From the IMG/VR virus record IMGVR_UViG_3300035499_000517, positions 32,001 to 96,000 of that record: 64,000 nt of DNA, one strand, 5' to 3'. This document shows positions 56,568 through 64,000 of the stretch, in pieces. The notes below the pieces were generated by a model. The model had not been told where the DNA came from. It did not search any database and saw nothing but the letters and a program-made list of their open reading frames with translations. Numbering within the stretch: position 1 is the stretch's first letter; every line of letters starts with the position of its first letter. The position numbers and the translations under genes were made by a program. Source of the stretch: a virus (Duplodnaviria; Caudoviricetes).

Positions 56568-58688
56568 TTAGACAAGATCGAAAAGGTCATCCATCTCGTC
56601 ATCGAGGATCGCTTCTTCAGCGGACTCTGTGAAGAGTGAATCATCATCAAATGACTCATCTGCCCCTTCTGCAAAAGATTCACCGGAATCAAGATCTTCA
56701 CCACGCTCAAATGCGAGTGCAGCTTCCACAGCTTCAAGATAAGCATCATCATGCTCTTCCGAAGCTTCAGCAGTCTCTTCCATGAAAGAATCATTCTCAA
56801 ATGCAGTTGCAACATCAGCTGCCTCAGCAAATGGATCAACCTCAGAAGAAATCTCATCCTCAGCAGATTCATGAACTGCTTTTCCGTTACCAGAATTCAG
56901 CTTAAGCTGCGCAGCAAATGCACCGATAGCTGAAGCAAGTCCGATAACGCCAACAACAGAACCAAGAACTTTCTTGTTTGCTCTTGCATATGCCTGTGAT
57001 ACTTTGTACTTGAAAGATGCTTTTCTCTTTGCTTCTGCAGCAAGTTCAGCAGCAGCCTGTGCCTGAGCACGCTCAAGTTCAGCAGCTTCTTTCTCAAGAC
57101 GATACATCTCTGTATCAATAGACTTCTTCAACGCTGTAAGTGTTTTCTCCTGGAAGTTTGAAAGCTTCATGCAGTAAGAACGAACCTGATTTGCAGTGTA
57201 TGGGTTCCAAAGCTTCATGTTCGCATTCTGTCCATACGGAGAGGTATCAATTCTTTCAACCTCTTTCTCAAGATCGACATTTGCAATATCGATCTGATCA
57301 TTCGCCTGATCAGATGTAAGCTTTCCACGAGTATACGCCTGTTCAATCTTCTTGATCTGTATCGTATACTTGTTCCAAGCAATCGTAATTTCTTTCGTAC
57401 GTTTCGAGATATCCTTATCTTTCATATTGTACTTGATCTGACGATTAGAGGATGCTGCCTTACATGTGAGGACTGCCTTTAACTTGGCAACCTCAAACTT
57501 AGCTTTTACATCATCATAAAGCTTCTTGATCTTTTCGATGAGTTTCTTAATTGCGTTTGAGATTTTACTCCCAATGTCACTGAGCGATGACTCTTCAAAT
57601 AATTCGTCAGCAGACTCGCTGAAAGGGTCAACTCCAAACAGATCCTCGGTGCTCATATCTCCGGACTCCATTTGGATCTCACCAAAAAAATAGCTGCCCT
57701 CATCGCCGAAGTCACCATCTTCGGCAGACTCGGTATGTGCTCCAACAAGCTTGTTGAAACTCTTTGCTTCAGAAGCCTGCTTTGCATTTCCGATTCCCTC
57801 ACGGATCTTGCTGATACCGGATGTGAAAGCACCCTTAACAGCATTCATTCCGTCAGAAGTGATCTTTGCAAGTGCATTAGCCTTTCTTGCAGCCAGTCTC
57901 TCCAGCTTACTCGGCTCGTTTGCAACATACTTCTTGTATCCCTTAGAATTCTTGTACGCCTCACGCTCAGCCTTAAGGTCCGAAGCGGTCTTCTTAGCGT
58001 CCTGATATGCATCACCAAAGATGCTATCATTCTTAAGGCGATCATGAGTGCTTACAGCTTTGCCGGTTGCCTGTGCCTCAGCACGAGCTCTCTCAGAGAT
58101 ATTCTTACCGAGCTTGATCTGCTCATTCATAGCTTTCTGCTCTTTTGCAAGGAGCGCCTGACCGTAGTCGTTTACTTCCTTTGCTTTCTTAATGTGATTC
58201 TGTGCATGGTGTACATAAACACCGATAGCAGCAGCGATTGTTGCTGTTACAGCGAACACACCGGCTACATTACGCTTCTTCTCATACTCGGCAACGATCT
58301 TGTCAATCTCCTCAACACTCTTTGCCTCAGAAATTCTCTTCTGATAGGTCTTTGTGAACTTCACGATACGGCCGGCATCGAGAACCTCAACCTTCTTTGC
58401 CGCAAGCTCCTTATCCTCAAGAGCCTCATCTGCTTTCTGCTTAAACAGTTTTGCCTTTGCAGAAGCAAAGAAATCACTGAAAAACTTTGCGATAGACTCT
58501 GCCAGCTTCTTGATCTTCTCAATGAGCTTCTGAACAATGTTCTGGTCATTGCCCTCACCAGCCTCTTCAAAATAAAAGGCATCCATATAGTCATTATATG
58601 ACTGAGTAGCCTGGACGCACTCTAAGTAAGCAACGTCAGCTTCTCTGTTACTGATATTATATGCTTCCAATTTATTTTCCTCCTTCAT
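56568..58688 (-). CDS. Putative inner-head polyprotein (two paralogous modules); true start may be TTG 58670
   Basis: Two KLIEKIKKL helices, each following an acidic [FY]xE-rich linker; two hydrophobic segments; acidic tail. Confidence 0.68.
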   Translation of the reverse strand: MKEENKLEAYNISNREADVAYLECVQATQSYNDYMDAFYFEEAGEGNDQNIVQKLIEKIKKLAESIAKFFSDFFASAKAKLFKQKADEALEDKELAAKKVEVLDAGRIVKFTKTYQKRISEAKSVEEIDKIVAEYEKKRNVAGVFAVTATIAAAIGVYVHHAQNHIKKAKEVNDYGQALLAKEQKAMNEQIKLGKNISERARAEAQATGKAVSTHDRLKNDSIFGDAYQDAKKTASDLKAEREAYKNSKGYKKYVANEPSKLERLAARKANALAKITSDGMNAVKGAFTSGISKIREGIGNAKQASEAKSFNKLVGAHTESAEDGDFGDEGSYFFGEIQMESGDMSTEDLFGVDPFSESADELFEESSLSDIGSKISNAIKKLIEKIKKLYDDVKAKFEVAKLKAVLTCKAASSNRQIKYNMKDKDISKRTKEITIAWNKYTIQIKKIEQAYTRGKLTSDQANDQIDIANVDLEKEVERIDTSPYGQNANMKLWNPYTANQVRSYCMKLSNFQEKTLTALKKSIDTEMYRLEKEAAELERAQAQAAAELAAEAKRKASFKYKVSQAYARANKKVLGSVVGVIGLASAIGAFAAQLKLNSGNGKAVHESAEDEISSEVDPFAEAADVATAFENDSFMEETAEASEEHDDAYLEAVEAALAFERGEDLDSGESFAEGADESFDDDSLFTESAEEAILDDEMDDLFDLV

Positions 58689-58707
58689 TATTTTTGTAAT
58701 AGGGATT

Positions 58708-58719
58708 TACTATAATGTT
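58708..58719 (-). promoter_or_regulatory. Late-type promoter motif AACA-N6-TA
   Basis: aacattatagta. Confidence 0.65.
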
Positions 58720-58750
58720 TTCGTTGTAAAATCATGGATTATTGTTCATC

Positions 58751-59629
58751 TTAAGAACTTGCAAGTTTCTTTAAGCCACTTTTTCTATCAGCAGCTCCAG
58801 CTTTTAATGTAGATAAAGCATCTGATGTAATCCTAGAAATAGTTTTACTCTTTAAAAGAATTAATCCACCAATAGCAAAAGACTTTAAGCCCGTTCTATA
58901 CTTTCCAGCACGAGATCCTGCAATTTCTGCTGGTTTTCCCATTTTATCCAGATAAGCTGAATCCGCTTTCTTCCTCTTATCCATGTAATTGGAAAACTCA
59001 CGATTTACGTCACCAACATAACTGAATGGATCTGAACTATCTTTAAATTTCTTTCTGAGTTTCTCAGAAGTTGCATCGTACTCCTTATCGAGCTTACTAA
59101 TAGTAGCTTCGTAAGGGGCCTTTGCTTTTTCAAGTTCATCACATGCTATATTATAATCATGCTCCAGATTATCAGCTGCTTTTATTTCATAAACACCAAA
59201 ACCAATAACAGCTCCGGCAGCTGCAAAAACGAAACATCTTGTCTTCTTAACATCATATTCTTTAACGATTTTATTGATCTCTTCTTCACTCTTCGCATTC
59301 TTTATCTTTTCTACGAATGTCTTCGATAAAGCATAAAGTTTCTTGGAATCTAAGACTTTCATCTTTGTATTCTCAAGATGCTTTGCTGCTAATTCCTCAT
59401 TCATCCGATCAATTTCTTTTTGTCTTTCAGATTTTTCACCGAAAAGATTCAAAATGAATTCTTTTACCTTTTGAACAAGATCTTTCATCTTATTTTTTAA
59501 TTTGGTAAAGAAAGATGAATCATCACCAGATTCTGTATATAAATCGATAGTCGCAGAATCCGTTAATGTATCAACATAATGATTACATTCTAAGTAAGCA
59601 AGATCTACTTCCTTTCCGAATATATCCAT
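58751..59629 (-). CDS. Putative inner-head protein (paralog family)
   Basis: EVDLAYLEC, YTESGD, and AKSEEEINKIVKEY shared with the 56568 gene. Confidence 0.68.
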   Translation of the reverse strand: MDIFGKEVDLAYLECNHYVDTLTDSATIDLYTESGDDSSFFTKLKNKMKDLVQKVKEFILNLFGEKSERQKEIDRMNEELAAKHLENTKMKVLDSKKLYALSKTFVEKIKNAKSEEEINKIVKEYDVKKTRCFVFAAAGAVIGFGVYEIKAADNLEHDYNIACDELEKAKAPYEATISKLDKEYDATSEKLRKKFKDSSDPFSYVGDVNREFSNYMDKRKKADSAYLDKMGKPAEIAGSRAGKYRTGLKSFAIGGLILLKSKTISRITSDALSTLKAGAADRKSGLKKLASS

Positions 59630-59660
59630 ACTATCATTCCTTTCTTATTTATCTAAGTCT

Positions 59661-59672
59661 TAACCTAAAGTT
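59661..59672 (-). promoter_or_regulatory. Late-type motif variant AACT-N6-TA
   Basis: aactttaggtta. Confidence 0.45.
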
Positions 59673-59694
59673 TTTTCAAGAATCTTACATTTCA

Positions 59695-59708
59695 CTTATA
59701 TATTATCT
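59695..59708 (+). promoter_or_regulatory. Early-type phage promoter motif
   Basis: atttcacttatatattatct. Confidence 0.72.
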
Positions 59709-59799
59709 AATTGATGAGGTAGCAATATCATATATCTCATTTTCCAAATCAATGGCATCCCAAGCAGCCAAAGAGAAAGCTTGGAGAAAGGAGTCTTAT

Positions 59800-61497
59800 A
59801 TGAAAGACTATTTTAACATCTTAAAGCGTTATCGCTTAACAATTCCACTTATCTGGATTATCATCCTCTCATCCATTACTGAGGTTATTCCCCTCATTGA
59901 GACAAAGGTATTCCAGATGTCTGTAAACTCTATCGGAACTTCTACATTCCTCAAGTTTCTGATAGCCCTCATTTTCATTGAGGTCTTTAATCCGATTTAT
60001 AACCGTGCTTATATGGGTTATAAAGTTCGGGTTAAAGAGAATTTCGCAATGGAGTATGCAAATGCACTCTATGCGAAATCTCAACATCTTGCTGTAAAAG
60101 ATCTCCAGGATTTTTCTATTCCTAAGATTACAACAGAGATTCACACAGCAACGGAGATGGCGGATAATATTCTGCTTCTTCCATGTAACTTTATCAACTG
60201 CTCGGTTGCTTTCATTACAGCTTTCATTATTATGATGAATGAAGATCCCGAGTTAACCCTGATTCTTATGATACTGACAGCATTTGCAGGGTTTGGAATC
60301 AATCATATTCTCCCAGGATTTAAGAAGATGATTGAGGATATCCGAAACGCTAATGACCGAATCAATTCTTGTATCAATCATCTCGAAGGTTACCTCGTAA
60401 CGAAATCCTTTGCAAAGGAAGAGAAAGAGATTGAACAGATTGAAGAGGCTTCTCTTAGTTACCGAGATGCCTGCGTAAGGAAGATTATCCGTGTTATTGA
60501 TGGAAATGCAATCGTTGGAGTACTGTTCGGACTCATCGATGTTGTTATCGTTATCTACATCAACCAGACTTATGCTGGAGATTTAGCAGGAGCAATTAGT
60601 AAAGCACTCCTGTTTTATTCTCTATATTACTATCTCTTCTTACCATTCCGGAATATGCCAGATATCATCGATCGAATCTCAAAGATTATGGTACATCTCA
60701 AAACCGATGAGGAGATCCTTCGAATGGAAGATGAATACAATGGTGATGTTGAGATTACAGCATTCAATGATTCTATTGAGTTTAAGAATGTCTCATTCTC
60801 TTATGGAGATTCCGATTCCACACTTAAGAATATCAATATTCGAATTCCAAAAGGTTCTCATGTTGGTATTTATGGAAAGTCTGGATGTGGTAAATCAACC
60901 TTTGTAAATCTCATCAATCGGTTCTTCTTGGTTGATGAAGGTGAGGTCCTGATCGATGGAGTCAATATCAACGAGTTTACATCAAAGTCTTTAAGAAGAA
61001 TCGTTGGTAATGTCAATCAAGAGATTACTTTATTTTCTGATATGAGTATCCGAGATAACATCAAGTATGGAATCAACTGTACTGATGTTGAAATGGTAAA
61101 GGCTGCAAAGCTTGCTCATTGTCATGAGTTTATCAAGGAATTACCTGATGGATATGACTCAATGATTGGAAATAATGGTGTTAAGTTGTCAGGTGGTGAA
61201 AGGCAGAGAATTGCAATTGCAAGACTCTTCTTATTAAATCCTCCAATTCTGGTTCTTGATGAAGCGACTAGTAAATTGGATGGAGAATCAGAGCTTCTCA
61301 TCAAGGAATCAATTGACAAGCTTTCGAGAGATAAAACTGTAATTTCCATTGCACATCGATTTAATACGATCGAAAATTCTGATTTGTTTATTGGAATCAA
61401 AGATCACACGATTTATGAATGTGGAAGGAGGGAAGATATCTGTGTTCCCGGGAGTTTATGGAACCAGTTACAAGGTAAGAAAGGAGCACGAAGATGA
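59800..61497 (+). CDS. ABC exporter, fused TMD-NBD (MsbA/MdlB-like)
   Basis: N-terminal TM helices; Walker A GKSGCGKST; Q-loop VNQE; LSGGERQR; LVLDEATSKLD; IAHR. Confidence 0.92.
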   Translation: MKDYFNILKRYRLTIPLIWIIILSSITEVIPLIETKVFQMSVNSIGTSTFLKFLIALIFIEVFNPIYNRAYMGYKVRVKENFAMEYANALYAKSQHLAVKDLQDFSIPKITTEIHTATEMADNILLLPCNFINCSVAFITAFIIMMNEDPELTLILMILTAFAGFGINHILPGFKKMIEDIRNANDRINSCINHLEGYLVTKSFAKEEKEIEQIEEASLSYRDACVRKIIRVIDGNAIVGVLFGLIDVVIVIYINQTYAGDLAGAISKALLFYSLYYYLFLPFRNMPDIIDRISKIMVHLKTDEEILRMEDEYNGDVEITAFNDSIEFKNVSFSYGDSDSTLKNINIRIPKGSHVGIYGKSGCGKSTFVNLINRFFLVDEGEVLIDGVNINEFTSKSLRRIVGNVNQEITLFSDMSIRDNIKYGINCTDVEMVKAAKLAHCHEFIKELPDGYDSMIGNNGVKLSGGERQRIAIARLFLLNPPILVLDEATSKLDGESELLIKESIDKLSRDKTVISIAHRFNTIENSDLFIGIKDHTIYECGRREDICVPGSLWNQLQGKKGARR

Positions 61498-61916
61498 GTT
61501 ATCCAATGATTAGAATGAACGAGGAGCTTTATAATAAGCTCCTCGAAAGAGGCGCACAACTTGATGAGGAGATAACAAGAAAGCTGGAAAAACGGAGATT
61601 CCTCAATCTCTTTCCGGAGATAGATGGTGGGAAGAAATATGAGCTTGATCCAGTTACCGATTATTATTTCATGCTACGCAATGTAGTATACAAGGAGTAT
61701 TCAATACCAGAGAAGTATTATCGGAAACACATGGAATACGATATCCCGATAAGCATCTGGAGGAGGGAAGATGAGTTTATTCTGGATTTCCCATTGGATT
61801 TCTTAGAAGGATACTTAGAACTTATGAGGAATATGACGATTCCAAACTTAGCAAGATATCATTTGATTCTTGCTCTAATAAGGGGTATTACTATACGAAG
61901 CTATGAGGAGAAATAA
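61494..61916 (+). CDS. Hypothetical protein
   Basis: ATGA-coupled to the ABC gene; AAGGAG RBS. Confidence 0.65.
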   Translation: MSYPMIRMNEELYNKLLERGAQLDEEITRKLEKRRFLNLFPEIDGGKKYELDPVTDYYFMLRNVVYKEYSIPEKYYRKHMEYDIPISIWRREDEFILDFPLDFLEGYLELMRNMTIPNLARYHLILALIRGITIRSYEEK

Positions 61917-61931
61917 TAGGAGGAATAGGAA

Positions 61932-62426
61932 TTGACACAAGAGGAAAAGAGGGTAGCGGTGAAAACTGCTACCTCTTACATTGAGGAGATTTTCCATATC
62001 GAAAATTTTAGTCGATATGGCTCGGAGTACAGGAAGATTGTACGAAGGACATTGCTTGAGATGCGGGTTCAGGATACAGAAGAATTTAGTGCATCAAAGT
62101 ATGTCATGAAGGCTCTCATTGACAGATTTGAAATGGAGCCATGTCTTCACTATAACAGCTATAATATCAAGACCGATAAAAGACTTAAGAAAGACATTAT
62201 GAAGCGGAATGAGATGATCTTTTTAAAGTATTATGGAATTACAAAAGAAGGAGAAATCATTGCTAAGCCAATGTCACAGAAAGAGTTAGCAATTGAATAT
62301 GATGTAAGCCCAAATACGATTCGGATGTTACTTCTTGCAATGTCAGATCGGATGCATTACAATTGGTTTTATAGAAGAGTGGAGGAAGTATGTAATAAAC
62401 TTAAGAATGAAGAAATACTAGAATAA
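61932..62426 (+). CDS. Sigma-70 region-4-like HTH protein
   Basis: IFLKYYGI..PMSQKELAIEYDVSPNTIRM. Confidence 0.55.
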   Translation: MTQEEKRVAVKTATSYIEEIFHIENFSRYGSEYRKIVRRTLLEMRVQDTEEFSASKYVMKALIDRFEMEPCLHYNSYNIKTDKRLKKDIMKRNEMIFLKYYGITKEGEIIAKPMSQKELAIEYDVSPNTIRMLLLAMSDRMHYNWFYRRVEEVCNKLKNEEILE

Positions 62427-62438
62427 GGAGACTGTGAA

Positions 62439-62939
62439 ATGGGAACAAAAAGTGATTATCCAGGATTTCAAAATACAATCCAGGATGTTGTATGGTGGGC
62501 AGTAAATAAAGCATTAGAAACATTACCAACTGATAGTGAAAAGAATAGCTTGTTTAATTTATTTTATCCACTATCGGGAAGTGTCCGGGGATTTGATGAG
62601 TTGGATCTGGATAGTAGGTTTAAACACTGGTTATTGTACGGTGGTTATTCTTTTGAAACAGCTGCTTCTCTTTCAGGAATTTCGAAAGAAGAAGCTTTAA
62701 AGCAGATGTATAAAATCTTGGTTTTCTATGATGCTCAGATTACATTTGCAACGAAATGCTTTGTGATTTCAGAGAATTCAAGAGCACACGAAGACAATAC
62801 AGAAGCATTATTAGCTCTTGGAGGATTACAAACTTTAGCAAACATGTGTGAAAAATACAATGAAGCACGTAAAGAAAAGGAGGGAACGAATCATGATAAG
62901 AATGAGCTTGGAACTGCAGATGGATCGTCCGATAAATAA
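62439..62939 (+). CDS. Hypothetical protein, possible HTH
   Basis: GYSFETAASLSGISKEEA. Confidence 0.55.
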   Translation: MGTKSDYPGFQNTIQDVVWWAVNKALETLPTDSEKNSLFNLFYPLSGSVRGFDELDLDSRFKHWLLYGGYSFETAASLSGISKEEALKQMYKILVFYDAQITFATKCFVISENSRAHEDNTEALLALGGLQTLANMCEKYNEARKEKEGTNHDKNELGTADGSSDK

Positions 62940-63360
62940 GGAGATGCATTATATTTCACCTGGTGGGTTTGAGGTGATTGCAAATGGTGTTAGTTACCAG
63001 TTTGATTTCAACACATCAGTCGGTGTGATTGATGATAAGAGAAATGATGTTATTAAGTTTAATCTGATTGATCCGGATTATGAATCATTTCCGGATATGA
63101 TTGACTTTGAGAGTCATGTAAATGAAATCACAAATCTGGTGGAGTGTTTTGTTTATACTGGGGAACACGGAGAAGCGGAGATCAATCCAATCAGGATTTT
63201 GGATATTACACTCACTACGTATGGATCTGGAAAGCGGACCAATTTCCCAGAAGCAAAAGACAACGAGTATCTGGAACATGCGATTTATGCGTCTGATAAT
63301 GACTGGACAATTGATTTCACGTTCAAGAGAAGACTTCGTGAAGAATACAAATGGGACTAG
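62893..63360 (+). CDS. Hypothetical protein
   Basis: AAGGAGG RBS before ATG 62893. Confidence 0.65.
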   Translation: MIRMSLELQMDRPINKEMHYISPGGFEVIANGVSYQFDFNTSVGVIDDKRNDVIKFNLIDPDYESFPDMIDFESHVNEITNLVECFVYTGEHGEAEINPIRILDITLTTYGSGKRTNFPEAKDNEYLEHAIYASDNDWTIDFTFKRRLREEYKWD

Positions 63361-63371
63361 GAGGAAAGACC

Positions 63372-64000
63372 GTGGATATACTAATGCAAATCATTGATAC
63401 ATTCTGGAAACTACTATCTTACGGCGTAATTATCCTATTTTGGATAGCGGTTGTTTGTGCTGTGCTTTTAGGGATATATGTGCTTTACAGGTTCGTTGCG
63501 ATAAATATCGAAGAGCACTGTGGAGGCGCTTGGACAAGGCATTGTAAAGATGTAGAGACTTACTTAGAAACAGCGAAGAAGTACAAAGAAATTCGGAAAG
63601 GATTAAAGAGGCTTTCAAAGATTTATAACAAGAAAGGGACACTAAAAGATGAGCAATACGAAGAGCTGGAATCTTACTTTTCAGATTTGATGCATACAGA
63701 TTTTGCAGTATTAAATCTGATTGCAGAATACCCAACAGAATATTTCACTGATCCAAAAACAGATGATGATTATGAGATGAAATTAAAATGCTTGATGAAT
63801 CTGGCAAGTTCTCTTCCAAAGATTACCTGTAAAGTAGATAATTATTATGCAATTGGTGATTATTCTAGGGAAGTAAATATTCCATCATCATGCGCTGATA
63901 TCTTTAAACCAGAAACGTATGGAGCAGATAATTGGGTGAAACATCCTGATTCTTGTTACACGACATTTGAAGATATCGAAAAGAGATGTGAGTTGAGAAA
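63372..64000 (+). CDS. Hypothetical protein with N-terminal TM helix (partial; runs off the window)
   Basis: AGGAGG RBS before GTG 63372; frame open to the window end; absent from the ORF track because it has no stop codon. Confidence 0.6.
   Translation, partial: MDILMQIIDTFWKLLSYGVIILFWIAVVCAVLLGIYVLYRFVAINIEEHCGGAWTRHCKDVETYLETAKKYKEIRKGLKRLSKIYNKKGTLKDEQYEELESYFSDLMHTDFAVLNLIAEYPTEYFTDPKTDDDYEMKLKCLMNLASSLPKITCKVDNYYAIGDYSREVNIPSSCADIFKPETYGADNWVKHPDSCYTTFEDIEKRCELR

Noticed and set aside
57672-58601. 309-aa + strand ORF and other antisense or overlapping ORFs (e.g. 10674, 10766, 23896, 37356, 56414)
   Set aside because: Shadow frames of strongly codon-biased or repetitive genes; no RBS or promoter support.

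Overview
This window is a 64-kb segment of a large phage genome, not a bacterial chromosome. It resembles the phiKZ/AR9(PBS1)-type jumbo phages. The host is probably a Bacillota (Firmicutes) organism, inferred from strong AGGAGG Shine-Dalgarno sites. Recognisable genes: SbcD/Mre11 and SbcC/Rad50 homologs, a tyrosine recombinase, a FEN/RNase H-like nuclease, a probable major capsid protein, the N-terminal half of a split family-B DNA polymerase, thymidylate kinase, a multisubunit RNA polymerase beta'-like subunit, NAD-dependent DNA ligase, RecA/UvsX, an ABC exporter, and a large family of probable inner-head proteins with repeated [F/Y/V]-x-E putative maturation sites. Two promoter-like motifs can be read directly from the sequence. 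The first is an early-type motif, TTTCAYTTATATAWTATYT, with 12 copies, all on +. The second is an AR9-like late motif, (A/G)AC(A/T)-N6-TA, with about 16 copies ahead of structural and replication genes. Main findings: (1) A 370-nt ORF-less group I intron splits the RNAP catalytic NAD|FDGD motif. P1/P10 pairing places its 3' end at an A instead of the near-universal omega-G. (2) An unannotated ~215-nt non-coding RNA candidate (27602-27817, minus strand) has its own late-type promoter, paired termini and terminator, and carries several anti-Shine-Dalgarno/anti-AUG segments. (3) A second highly structured intergenic RNA candidate lies at 54408-54712. All functional calls come from motif reading only; no database searches were run.
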